Below, piece after piece: positions 9,488-18,153 of a DNA stretch of 64,000 nucleotides. How positions within the stretch are numbered: the stretch's first letter is position 1; every line of letters starts with the position of its first letter. The DNA lies in NCBI GenBank assembly GCA_001512665.1, contig LFSF01000004.1:349-64348 (forward strand), written 5' to 3'. Below the pieces are notes generated by a model that had not been told where the DNA came from, did not search any database, and saw only the letters and a program-made list of their open reading frames with translations. The position numbers were made by a program, and so were the translations under genes. The stretch comes from Clostridiales bacterium DTU073 (GTDB lineage Bacteria > Bacillota > Peptococcia > DRI-13 > DTU073).

Positions 9488-9547
9488 TTGACAGATAGAA
9501 ATAGTAGAGTATAATAAAATTACACCCCACCCCATGAGGGGTCGGGT
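9488..9547 (+). promoter_or_regulatory. Promoter (TTGACA 9488-9493, TATAAT 9510-9515) followed by a GC-rich CsoR-type operator ACCCCACCCCATGAGGGGTCGGGT (9524-9547)
   Basis: Imperfect inverted repeat of C4/G4 tracts just downstream of the -10 box, directly upstream of csoR-copA. Confidence 0.65.
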
Positions 9548-9629
9548 TGCAAAAAATATTTATTGATAAAGAGGAAAAGATATAACTTGTAAACTGTGAA
9601 CGTGTGTAATGAAGATTGGAGGGGTTAGC

Positions 9630-9902
9630 ATGGAGCACAGCGATAAAAAGCAAGTACTAAATCTTTTGAAAACCTCTAGGGGTCAAATTGATGGAATAAT
9701 TAAGATGTTGGAAGAGGACAGATACTGTGTCGATATTTCCAAACAGATTCTTTCAGTACAGGCGTTGCTCAAAAAAGCAAACTTAAAAATTATTGATCAA
9801 CATATTAAGCATTGCGTAAGGGAAGCATTTTCAATTGGCGAGAGTGCGGGAAATGAAAAAATAGATGAAGTAATTAAACTTATTGATAAATACGCAAAAT
9901 AA
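9630..9902 (+). CDS. csoR: CsoR-family copper-sensing transcriptional repressor
   Basis: DRYCVD...H..HC signature. ATG 9630 lies 6 nt after GGAGGGG; the track start at 9609 is unlikely. Confidence 0.85.
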   Translation: MEHSDKKQVLNLLKTSRGQIDGIIKMLEEDRYCVDISKQILSVQALLKKANLKIIDQHIKHCVREAFSIGESAGNEKIDEVIKLIDKYAK

Positions 9903-9914
9903 GGTGGTGAAGTT

Positions 9915-12152
9915 ATGAAAAAAGAAACATTGAGTATAGCAGGCATGACATGTGCGTCATGTGCGAAAGCTGTTGAAAGGTCAATAAATAAGTTATCCGG
10001 AATAAAAGAGGTGCATGTAAATCTTGCTACTGAAAAAGCCAAGGTAGTATATGATTCATCAGAAACAAGTATTGCCGAGATAAAGGAGGCAATATCCCAA
10101 GCCGGATATAAAGTCTTAGAGATTAATACCGGAGAACAGGTAGATTATGAACGGGTGCGCAGAGAGAAAGAGATGAAGACTCTGTGGACAAAGTTCTTGG
10201 TGGCAGTCATATTTGCCATACCACTTTTATATATTGCTATGGGTCATATGTTGGGTTTGCCCATCCCGGAATTTATCAGGCCGGAAATGTTCCCTCTTAA
10301 TTTTGCCTTAGTACAGCTGTTCTTAGTTATACCCATAATTATTGCAGGTTACAGGTTTTATACAGTAGGGTTCAGCAGGCTCTTTAGGCTGGAACCTAAC
10401 ATGGATTCATTGATTGCCGTGGGTACAAGTGCAGCCATCTTGTATGGTCTATATGCTGTGTTTCAGATTATACAGGGTAAGGCTGAATACGCTATGAATT
10501 TATACTTTGAATCTGCCGGTGTTATTATTGCTTTAATCCTTTTGGGTAAATACCTTGAGGCTGTTACCAAGGGGAAAACCTCTGAAGCGATTAAAAAGTT
10601 AATGGGTCTTGCTCCCAAAACGGCTATAGTTATCTATGAGGGTAAAGAAATGGTTATTCCCATTGAGGAAGTAGAAGTAGGAGATATTCTGTTGGTAAAG
10701 CCAGGTGAGAAAATACCTGTAGACGGTGAGGTGGTTGAAGGTAGAACCTCAGTGGATGAGTCCATGCTTACGGGAGAGAGTATTCCGGTGGAGAAAAATC
10801 CGGGCAGTATGGTAACCGGTGCAAGTATAAATAAGAATGGGACGATAAAGTTTAGAGCTACCAAGGTGGGGAAGGATACAACACTTGCCCGGATTATTAA
10901 ACTGGTGGAAGAGGCCCAGGGTACAAAAGCACCTATAGCTAAAATGGCTGATGTTATCTCAGGATACTTTGTGCCGATTGTTATGGCTTTTGCCGCCATA
11001 GCAGGAATAGCCTGGTATCTTTCAGGCATGTCCGTTGTTTTTTCATTAACTATATTTATTGCAGTCCTGGTTATTGCTTGTCCATGTGCTCTCGGTTTGG
11101 CTACACCAACAGCAATTATGGTAGGTACCGGAAAAGGTGCTGAATACGGGGTGCTGATCAAAGGTGGAGAAGCTCTGGAAACAGCTCATAAGATCAAGAC
11201 TGTTGTTTTTGATAAAACAGGTACCATCACTGAAGGTAAACCGAAAGTGACTGACATAATTACTACAGATATAGTAAACGAAAGGGAATTGTTGCAATTG
11301 TCAGCCTCAGCAGAGCAAGGTTCCGAGCATCCTCTTGGTGAGGCAATCGTCAATGAGGCTAAGGATAAGAATATGGAACTATTTAATGCAGAAAGCTTTG
11401 AAGCTATACCGGGTCATGGTATTGAAGTTGTGATTCAGGGGAAGAAGATGCTTTTGGGCAATAAAAAGCTGATGGTTGATAGAAGCATAGAGGTGACACT
11501 AGAGAAAGAAGCAGATAGACTAGCCGGTGAAGGTAAGACCCCTATGTTCGTTGCTATAAATCATAAATTGGCAGGTATAATAGCTGTTGCTGATGTAATG
11601 AAACCCAGCAGCAAGAGAGCAATTGAGGTATTGCACAGTATGGAAATAGAAGTGGTGATGATTACCGGAGATAATAGGAGAACTGCAGAAGCAATTGCCA
11701 AACAGGTGGGAATAGACAGAGTACTGGCAGAAGTTTTGCCTCAGGATAAGGCCAATGAAGTGAAAAAACTTCAGGCAGAAGGCAAAAAGGTTGCCATGGT
11801 TGGAGACGGTATCAATGATGCTCCGGCTCTGGCTCAGGCTGATATAGGTATAGCCATTGGTTCCGGAACTGATGTGGCAATGGAATCGGCTGATATTGTC
11901 TTGATGAGAAGTGATCTGATGGATGTGGCCACCGCCATCCAGCTGAGTAAACGGACCATAAGAAATATTAAGCAGAATCTGTTCTGGGCTTTTGCCTACA
12001 ACACCGCAGGCATACCTGTGGCGGCAGGCTTGCTCTATATCTTTGGTGGACCGCTCCTAAACCCGATGATTGCAGCCGGAGCTATGGCGTTTAGCTCAGT
12101 TTCAGTAGTAACTAATGCTCTGAGGCTAAAAAGATTTAAGCCTGTGCATTAA
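9915..12152 (+). CDS. copA: Copper-translocating P1B-type ATPase
   Basis: N-terminal HMA domain GMTCASC, CPC in TM6 ([10 protein letters not shown]), DKTGT and GDGINDAP. 745 aa. Confidence 0.92.
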   Translation: MKKETLSIAGMTCASCAKAVERSINKLSGIKEVHVNLATEKAKVVYDSSETSIAEIKEAISQAGYKVLEINTGEQVDYERVRREKEMKTLWTKFLVAVIFAIPLLYIAMGHMLGLPIPEFIRPEMFPLNFALVQLFLVIPIIIAGYRFYTVGFSRLFRLEPNMDSLIAVGTSAAILYGLYAVFQIIQGKAEYAMNLYFESAGVIIALILLGKYLEAVTKGKTSEAIKKLMGLAPKTAIVIYEGKEMVIPIEEVEVGDILLVKPGEKIPVDGEVVEGRTSVDESMLTGESIPVEKNPGSMVTGASINKNGTIKFRATKVGKDTTLARIIKLVEEAQGTKAPIAKMADVISGYFVPIVMAFAAIAGIAWYLSGMSVVFSLTIFIAVLVIACPCALGLATPTAIMVGTGKGAEYGVLIKGGEALETAHKIKTVVFDKTGTITEGKPKVTDIITTDIVNERELLQLSASAEQGSEHPLGEAIVNEAKDKNMELFNAESFEAIPGHGIEVVIQGKKMLLGNKKLMVDRSIEVTLEKEADRLAGEGKTPMFVAINHKLAGIIAVADVMKPSSKRAIEVLHSMEIEVVMITGDNRRTAEAIAKQVGIDRVLAEVLPQDKANEVKKLQAEGKKVAMVGDGINDAPALAQADIGIAIGSGTDVAMESADIVLMRSDLMDVATAIQLSKRTIRNIKQNLFWAFAYNTAGIPVAAGLLYIFGGPLLNPMIAAGAMAFSSVSVVTNALRLKRFKPVH

Positions 12153-12160
12153 TAAGAAAC

Positions 12161-12201
12161 AATAAATATTTATTGACAAACGATAAATATTTGTTTACAA
12201 T
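12161..12201 (+). promoter_or_regulatory. Promoter (TTGACA 12173-12178, 17 bp, TACAAT 12196-12201) flanked by and containing two ATAAATATTT(A/G)T elements
   Basis: AATAAATATTTATT (12161-12174) is a perfect palindrome. A second copy, ATAAATATTTGT (12183-12194), lies in the spacer. Confidence 0.55.
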
Positions 12202-12235
12202 CAATGCAAAATACAATAATTTGCGAGGTGTTTAA

Positions 12236-12715
12236 ATGAAGCGAGAAACACTCTTTTTAAAGATAACAGTTGTCCTAATGGGACTTCCTGTTCTTGCCTT
12301 GTGTATTTTTTTGATACCTGAGTTAGCTAAGTATTTTGCGAAATTAATTCCCCATTTGGCTTTTATGCAATATCCTTTTTTAATGGGGCTATATGCAACA
12401 GCTTTAGTTTTTTTCTATGCCTTATATCAAGCATTAAAATTGTTAAGTTATATCGATAAGAACGAAGCGTTTTCGAAGCTATCAGTACAGGCTTTAAAGA
12501 AGATTAAATATTGTGCCCTGACTATTGGTGCCATCTATGTAGCAATTATGCCACTTTTATATCTCTTGGCAGAGTTGGATGATGCTCCGGGTCTTATCCT
12601 TATCGGCTTGCTCATTATCTTTGGTTGTATGGTAATTGCAGTTTTTGCTGCAGTTTTACAAAAGCTTTTAAAAAATGCCATAGACATAAAATCTGAAAAT
12701 GATTTAACGATATGA
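12236..12715 (+). CDS. DUF2975 family membrane protein
   Basis: 159-aa, 4-TM protein immediately upstream of a YozG-type HTH gene, which is the classic pairing. Confidence 0.7.
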   Translation: MKRETLFLKITVVLMGLPVLALCIFLIPELAKYFAKLIPHLAFMQYPFLMGLYATALVFFYALYQALKLLSYIDKNEAFSKLSVQALKKIKYCALTIGAIYVAIMPLLYLLAELDDAPGLILIGLLIIFGCMVIAVFAAVLQKLLKNAIDIKSENDLTI

Positions 12716-12729
12716 GGTGACGAGAGAAT

Positions 12730-12972
12730 ATGGCAATTATTATAAATATTGATGTGATGCTGGCTAAAAGAAAAATGAGTGTTACCGAACTTGCGGAGAA
12801 GGTTGGCATTACCATGGCTAATCTTTCTATATTAAAAAACGGCAAGGCCAAGGCTATTCGTATTTCCACTTTAGATGCAATTTGTAAGGCTTTGGATTGT
12901 CAGCCCGGAGATATTTTAGAATACCAAAGTGATCAAGAGAATAGTGATCAAGAAATAGAGGAGGTATTATAA
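12730..12972 (+). CDS. XRE/Cro-type HTH transcriptional regulator (YozG-like)
   Basis: IINIDVMLAKRKMSVTELAEKVGITMANLSILKNGKAKAIRxSTLDAICKALDCQPGDILEY is near-canonical for the YozG family. Confidence 0.85.
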   Translation: MAIIINIDVMLAKRKMSVTELAEKVGITMANLSILKNGKAKAIRISTLDAICKALDCQPGDILEYQSDQENSDQEIEEVL

Positions 12973-12974
12973 TT

Positions 12975-14249
12975 ATGGACATCAGTAATCTGATTAACGA
13001 AAATATCACTAACCCTTATGAATTGGAGAGCTTGTATAGAAAAGACCCTGAATCTTTTAAAAAGTCATTCAAATATGCTTGGGAACAAAACCCAGATTCG
13101 CCGGTTCTTGCTGTTTGGTATCAGAGATTATATTTTAAAGAGAAGGCTAATCAGGGAAAGGCAAATCAGGGAAAGGCTAATCAGGAAAAGGCCTCTTTGC
13201 TGCAGAAAGATTTTTTATCCATGGGTATTTTGGCAGTACTGGCCGGTATATGTACGAGAATTATTTTGCATTTTATTGAACAGCAAGCCATAGCTCCCCC
13301 TAATCTTTTTTTGGGCATAATTCCCTTTATTGCTGCCTATTTTGTCTATAATAATCCTCCTCACAAAAAAATTCTTTACGCCCTTGTCGCGTTATTTTTT
13401 ATCTCCGGAATTTATCTTAATCTGTTGCCTCTTGAGCAGAAAGACAGTATTATCCTCGCTTATTTACACTTTCCCGTTTTCTTATGGGTATTATTGGGGC
13501 TAGCCTTTACCGGAAATGAATATAACTTGGGCAGTGCAAGATTAGCCTATCTTAAGTTTAATGGGGAATTTTGCATCCTCTACGCCAGTATGGCCATCAG
13601 CGGAATGCTGCTGACGGTATTAACCATGCTTTTATTTAGTATTGTCGGTATGGATATTGAGGAATTCTATTTTAAGAATGTGGTTTTATTTGGTGCCGCG
13701 TCTCTAGCTGTTGTGGCTGCATATTTAATATCAAGGAACCTTAAACTTGCGAAAAATATTGCACCATATATTGCTAAAATCTTTAGTCCTCTAGTGCTGG
13801 TTACCTTAGTGGTCTATCTGCTTACGGTTTTTTGGGTCGGAAAAAATCCATTTCTCGACCGTAATTTCCTCTTAGTCTTCAACGGCATACTCTTTAGCGT
13901 ATTAGCTGTAACTATATTCTCTATTACCGAAAGCGGTACAGACGAACAAAAGAGCATTTCTGATTATATAAATTTTGCTTTGATTATTCTGGCGCTGGTC
14001 ATTGACAGTGTGGCATTATCAGCCATTGTGTTCAGGCTTTCTTCTTATGGGATTACACCCAATAGACTTGCTGTTTTAGGTGTAAACGTACTTATTTATG
14101 TTAATCTTATTTGGATTATGGTTTCCTATTTACGTTTTTTGCAAAACAAGACCGGCCCTGCCAAGATCCAGGATGCTGTTACCAAATATTTGCCTGTTTA
14201 CGGACTCTGGGCGGCGTTTGTTATCTTTACATTTCCTTTAATCTTTTAG
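12975..14249 (+). CDS. DUF4153-like polytopic membrane protein
   Basis: 424 aa. Soluble N-terminus (YELESLYRKDPESF) followed by about 10 TM segments. Third gene of the operon. Confidence 0.6.
   Translation: MDISNLINENITNPYELESLYRKDPESFKKSFKYAWEQNPDSPVLAVWYQRLYFKEKANQGKANQGKANQEKASLLQKDFLSMGILAVLAGICTRIILHFIEQQAIAPPNLFLGIIPFIAAYFVYNNPPHKKILYALVALFFISGIYLNLLPLEQKDSIILAYLHFPVFLWVLLGLAFTGNEYNLGSARLAYLKFNGEFCILYASMAISGMLLTVLTMLLFSIVGMDIEEFYFKNVVLFGAASLAVVAAYLISRNLKLAKNIAPYIAKIFSPLVLVTLVVYLLTVFWVGKNPFLDRNFLLVFNGILFSVLAVTIFSITESGTDEQKSISDYINFALIILALVIDSVALSAIVFRLSSYGITPNRLAVLGVNVLIYVNLIWIMVSYLRFLQNKTGPAKIQDAVTKYLPVYGLWAAFVIFTFPLIF
13143..13190 (+). repeat. 15-bp tandem repeat x3 (AAGGCTAATCAGGGA-like), in frame, encoding (KANQG)3
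   Basis: Read directly: aaggctaatcaggga / aaggcaaatcaggga / aaggctaatcaggaa. Confidence 0.9.
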
Positions 14250-14327
14250 CATCTAATAGAATTTTTAGGATTCTGCAACGGTTTAAGAGAATACTTCAAT
14301 AAACATGTCGTTGTGACCTTATTTTTA

Positions 14328-14427
14328 TTGACAAGGATTATGACAAGACTTACAATTAAATTATAATGATTACAACTTTATTTTGGTTATTAGTTAATAA
14401 GTACATAATAAGTTGTAATCATAGCAA
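14328..14427 (+). promoter_or_regulatory. dfx promoter (TTGACA 14328-14333, 17 bp, TACAAT 14351-14356) with a PerR/Fur-type box TTATAATGATTACAA (14361-14375) and a weaker second box (14413-14427)
   Basis: Box 1 differs at one position from the 7-1-7 PerR consensus TTATAATNATTATAA. A 12-bp perfect inverted repeat lies at 14366-14377 / 14411-14422. Confidence 0.6.
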
Positions 14428-14467
14428 AAAACAATTAATTTTAGGGGAGAAAGAGAGGGTGAAAGAG

Positions 14468-14863
14468 ATGAAATTAAATGTCAAGTTTTATCGGTGTGAA
14501 AGGTGTGGCAATATAGTTGGGTTAATCAAAAATGGTGGCGGTCAATTAGTATGTTGTGGTGCACCGATGGTGGAGTTAGTGGCGAATACAACTGATGCTT
14601 CAGGGGAGAAACATGTACCGGTTGTGCAGAAAAAGGATGGCAAGATTTTTGTTGAAGTAGGTTCTGTAGCCCATCCGATGACGGAAAAACACTACATTGA
14701 GTGGATTGCAGTAGTATCTGAAAAACGGACTGAGAGAAAATCCCTTTCCCCAACAGACGAGCCCAAAGCAACATTTTGTGATGAAGCTAATGCCGAGGTT
14801 TATGCCTATTGTAATCTCCATGGTTTGTGGAAAGCCAGTGTTTATCAAAGCCCAGAAAAATGA
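14468..14863 (+). CDS. dfx: Desulfoferrodoxin (2Fe superoxide reductase)
   Basis: N-terminal desulforedoxin CxxC..CC motif (YRCERCGN...VCCG) plus an SOR domain (EKHVPV, HPM, CNLHGLW). ATG 14468 follows GAGAGGG; the track extension from 14366 is rejected. Confidence 0.9.
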   Translation: MKLNVKFYRCERCGNIVGLIKNGGGQLVCCGAPMVELVANTTDASGEKHVPVVQKKDGKIFVEVGSVAHPMTEKHYIEWIAVVSEKRTERKSLSPTDEPKATFCDEANAEVYAYCNLHGLWKASVYQSPEK

Positions 14864-14873
14864 AAATCTAGAG

Positions 14874-14906
14874 CACCGAGGCTGAAACTGAAACCTCGGT
14901 GTTGTT
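14874..14906 (+). terminator. Probable rho-independent terminator after dfx
   Basis: Stem CACCGAGG/CCTCGGTG with a 12-nt loop, then TTGTT (weak U-tract). Confidence 0.55.
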
Positions 14907-14963
14907 ATAGAAATATAAAACTACAAGTTTGAAATTTATAGTTAGCTAAAGGTAGGGATTTTA

Positions 14964-15383
14964 TTGAAACCATCATTTGAAGAGTTAGAGAAAGAATTAA
15001 AGGACAGAAATATCAATCTTTCTTATCAGAGACTGAAGGTTCTGGAATACCTTACACAAAATCATACTCATCCCACGGTAGATCAGATTTTTACCGACTT
15101 GCATAAGGAGATTTGTACATTATCCAAAACAACAGTATATAATACCTTGCGGGTTTTGGTAGATGCGGGTATAGTTAGGGTTATTACCATTGAAGATAAT
15201 GAAACCAGATATGATATTGATGTAAAAAACCATGGGCATTTTAAATGTGAATCTTGTGGGAAAATATATGATTTCTGTGTTGATATGCAGATGTTGCACT
15301 CCGGGGATTTGCAAAACTTTAGTATTAAAGAAAAAAACGTATATTTTAAAGGAATTTGCCCCAGTTGCCTTCCGAAAAAATAA
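14964..15383 (+). CDS. perR: Fur-family peroxide-responsive repressor
   Basis: Fur-family winged helix ([19 protein letters not shown]), HGHFKCxxCG..CxxC zinc site. TTG start. Lies between dfx and rbr. Confidence 0.8.
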   Translation: MKPSFEELEKELKDRNINLSYQRLKVLEYLTQNHTHPTVDQIFTDLHKEICTLSKTTVYNTLRVLVDAGIVRVITIEDNETRYDIDVKNHGHFKCESCGKIYDFCVDMQMLHSGDLQNFSIKEKNVYFKGICPSCLPKK

Positions 15384-15453
15384 ATATATTGTGGAGAAAA
15401 AATTGTTCGGTTTATTAAACGATAATAAGATAAAAACAGAGGAGGATAAAAAA

Positions 15454-16116
15454 ATGGTGAAATATCGTTGCACAGTATGTGGGTATATTCATGAAGGAGA
15501 ATTAACGGCTGATTTTAAATGTCCCAGATGTAATCAGCCAGCGTCCGTATTTGTCTTAGTAGAAGAGAATGCCGAATCAGTTAACAGGTATGCCGGTACA
15601 AAGACAGAAAAAAATCTGTTGGAGGCTTTTTCAGGAGAAAGTCAGGCGAGAAACAAGTATACTTATTTTGCTAATATTGCCCAGAGGGAAGGCTATGATC
15701 AGCTTTCTGAATTATTTCTTAAAACAGCGAGAAACGAACAGGAACATGCCCGTATCTGGTTTGAAGAACTTGGTGGCTTAGGCAACACAGCGGAAAATCT
15801 TTTGCAGGCTGCCGAAGGTGAAAACTATGAATGGACGGATATGTATGCTCGTTTTGCTAAGGATGCCGAAGAAGAAGGATTTAAAGAATTAGCAGAAAAA
15901 TTCCGCAAGGTTGCTGCCATTGAAAAAGCCCACGAAGAGCGTTATCGTACTTTGTTGGAGAATGTAAAGAGGCAGAGGGTGTTTGAAAAAGAGGAAGAAA
16001 CCTTATGGGAATGTCGTGTCTGCGGGCATCTAGTCTTGGGTAAAAAAGCTCCGGAGCTTTGTCCGGTATGTAAATTCGCACAAGCGTTTTTTGAGGTGAG
16101 AAAGGAAAATTATTGA
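15454..16116 (+). CDS. rbr: Rubrerythrin with rubredoxin-like CxxC..CxxC domains at both ends
   Basis: ATG 15454 follows GGAGGA. N-terminal CTVCG..CPRC, ferritin-like core ([19 protein letters not shown]), C-terminal CRVCG..CPVC. The track extension from 15232 overlaps perR and is rejected. Confidence 0.88.
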   Translation: MVKYRCTVCGYIHEGELTADFKCPRCNQPASVFVLVEENAESVNRYAGTKTEKNLLEAFSGESQARNKYTYFANIAQREGYDQLSELFLKTARNEQEHARIWFEELGGLGNTAENLLQAAEGENYEWTDMYARFAKDAEEEGFKELAEKFRKVAAIEKAHEERYRTLLENVKRQRVFEKEEETLWECRVCGHLVLGKKAPELCPVCKFAQAFFEVRKENY

Positions 16117-16148
16117 TTGCCTTAGTGTGAAATAATTTATTGCAAAAA

Positions 16149-16188
16149 AGGCTCAACAGTCAGTTACTATTGGTTGTTGAGCCTTTTA
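16149..16188 (+). terminator. Rho-independent terminator after rbr
   Basis: Stem AGGCTCAACA/TGTTGAGCCT followed by TTTTAT. Confidence 0.75.
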
Positions 16189-16301
16189 TCTCTACTTGTT
16201 TCTAGCGAATATCAGTAACAAATTTTTCTTTTCACAAATAAACAAGCACATTTTTTTGTTATAATAATAATTAAGATGAACTATATAAGGAGAAATAGAT
16301 C

Positions 16302-17291
16302 ATGAAAAAAATCAGAATCGGTATTATTGGCTATGGAAATATTGGCAGAAGTGTAGAACTAGGAGTTCGTCAAAACAAAGATATGGAACTGGTTGGAGTG
16401 TTTACAAGACGTGACCCTTCAACGATAAAAATAATTACCAAAGATGTTTCGGTCTACCATATTGACCATGCCCAAAATATGACAGAACAAATAGATGTGA
16501 TGGTACAATGCGGAGGAAGTATGTCTGATATGCCGGTACTTGGGCCTTTATTTGCCGGTATGTTTAATACAGTAGACGGTTTTGATAATCATGCGAAAAT
16601 ACCGGATTATTATGATGCCGTAAATAAAAAAGCATTAGAAGCGGGGAAAGTTTGCATTATTTCCGGCGGTTGGGATCCGGGAATGTTTTCCTTAATTAGA
16701 TTGTATGCAGATGCAATCTTACCTGAAGGTAAAACTTATACTTTTTGGGGAAAGGGTATCAGCCAGGGACATTCAGATGCTGTCAGAAGAGTAAAAGGTG
16801 TAAAGAATGCCAAACAGTATACCATTCCTTTGGAAAGTGCGATCACAGCAGTTAAAAGAGGAGATATGCCGGAACTTACGCCAAGAGAAAAGCATAAAAG
16901 AGTATGCTATGTAGTAGCTGAAGAAGGTGCTGATAAAATTCAGATAGAACATGATATCAAAACAATGCCTAATTATTTTGCTGACTATGATACTGAAGTA
17001 TATTTTATTACCGAGGAAGAGTTTGCTAAAAATCACAATGGTTTACCTCATGGTGGATTAGTTCTTCACTATGGCAAAACGGGACTTAATAAAGAACATA
17101 ACCATACCATTGAATTTAAATTAGATTTAAGTTCAAATCCGGATTTTACAGCTCATGTGCTACTGGCTTTCGCCAGAGCAGCTTATCGCTTAAATCAGGA
17201 AGGTGTATCCGGTGCCAAAACCGTAGTAGATATTGCTCCTGCTTATCTCTCTATTAGAACAGGAGAAGAACTTAGAAAGTATTTTATTTAA
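16302..17291 (+). CDS. ddh: meso-Diaminopimelate D-dehydrogenase
   Basis: 329 aa. GIIGYGNIGR Rossmann motif and FWGKGISQGHSDAVRRVKGV match the Ddh family signature. Confidence 0.88.
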   Translation: MKKIRIGIIGYGNIGRSVELGVRQNKDMELVGVFTRRDPSTIKIITKDVSVYHIDHAQNMTEQIDVMVQCGGSMSDMPVLGPLFAGMFNTVDGFDNHAKIPDYYDAVNKKALEAGKVCIISGGWDPGMFSLIRLYADAILPEGKTYTFWGKGISQGHSDAVRRVKGVKNAKQYTIPLESAITAVKRGDMPELTPREKHKRVCYVVAEEGADKIQIEHDIKTMPNYFADYDTEVYFITEEEFAKNHNGLPHGGLVLHYGKTGLNKEHNHTIEFKLDLSSNPDFTAHVLLAFARAAYRLNQEGVSGAKTVVDIAPAYLSIRTGEELRKYFI

Positions 17292-17318
17292 GGCAGTATT
17301 TATGTTCACAAATATTAT

Positions 17319-17513
17319 TTGGTTGTTTGTGAAAAAATAAAGTTTACTAAAATAATAACGGCATTAAAAAGTACCGGCAAACCAATGAAAGCAGCCGAGA
17401 TTGCTGAGCAAATCGGGGTGGATAAAAAAGAGGTTGATAAAGCAATAAAAGAATTAAAAAAACAGGGTACTATTGAATCACCGAAAGCTTGCTATTATGG
17501 AATTAAGGAATGA
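17319..17513 (+). CDS. Small winged-helix DNA-binding protein (MarR/ArsR-like); start uncertain
   Basis: GKPMKAAEIAEQIGVDKKEVDKAIKELKKQG is a typical wHTH. The TTG start has no obvious SD. Confidence 0.5.
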   Translation: MVVCEKIKFTKIITALKSTGKPMKAAEIAEQIGVDKKEVDKAIKELKKQGTIESPKACYYGIKE

Positions 17514-18007
17514 GACTACTAATGTTTAGAGAAATGAGAAGAGGTAAACAATTATTATCATTTGAAAATACTGTAGCTGTTATGAACAGATGCACAAATG
17601 GAGTCCTGGCTTGTTTAGGTGATGAAGATTATCCTTACGCTGTTCCACTTAGCTATGTTTATTTTAATGACAAAATTTATTTTCATTCAGCAAAAGCCGG
17701 ACATAAAATCGATGCGATTATGAAGAATCCTAAGGTATCTTTTGCTGTAATCGATGAAGATACCATAGCAAGTGAAGAATATACTACTTATTTTCGCAGT
17801 GTTATTGCTTTTGGTAAGGCCAGAATTGTTGAAGGCGATGAAAGAATTGCAGCTTTTAAGGCATTAGTTGAAAAGTATTCCGGAGATCAACCGGAAGAGG
17901 CTAAATCTGAGGCAATAACCAGATGTACACAAGCCTATATTATTGCAATTGATATCGAGCATATAACCGGTAAGGAAGCCATTGAGTATGTCAACGCTAA
18001 TAATTGA
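17510..18007 (+). CDS. Pyridoxamine 5'-phosphate oxidase family FMN-binding protein (NimA-like)
   Basis: Split-barrel family pattern (YPYAVPLSYVY..KIYFHSAKAGHK). ATGA overlap with the upstream gene. Alternative start at 17522. Confidence 0.8.
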   Translation: MRLLMFREMRRGKQLLSFENTVAVMNRCTNGVLACLGDEDYPYAVPLSYVYFNDKIYFHSAKAGHKIDAIMKNPKVSFAVIDEDTIASEEYTTYFRSVIAFGKARIVEGDERIAAFKALVEKYSGDQPEEAKSEAITRCTQAYIIAIDIEHITGKEAIEYVNANN

Positions 18008-18096
18008 CAAAATTCTAGTTAGCGAATATACTTTCTATGACATAACAACACTTACATAGCCTTGTATTATAGAATTTGATGATTGTTAAAAAATAA

Positions 18097-18121
18097 AAAG
18101 CCATCTTAGGATGGCTTTTTA
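18097..18121 (+). terminator. Rho-independent terminator
   Basis: Stem AAAGCCATC/GATGGCTTT, loop TTAG, T-run. Confidence 0.8.
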
Positions 18122-18153
18122 TATAGAATTGTAGGGGAAATCGGAGGCAAAAA

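Noticed and set aside
10634-11161. 175-aa antisense ORF within copA, and similar long antisense ORFs at 43315-43713, 46277-46507 and 54492-54767
   Set aside because: All lie opposite strongly supported genes, lack RBSs, and have the composition typical of the reverse frame of such genes.
14366-14467. N-terminal 34-codon extension of the desulfoferrodoxin ORF in the track
   Set aside because: The extension would start inside the PerR box and leader. Canonical Dfx begins at MKLNV.., which has its own SD.
15232-15453. 74-codon upstream extension of the rubrerythrin ORF
   Set aside because: It overlaps the 3' half of perR in another frame. A strong GGAGGA SD precedes ATG 15454, where the rubredoxin-like domain starts.
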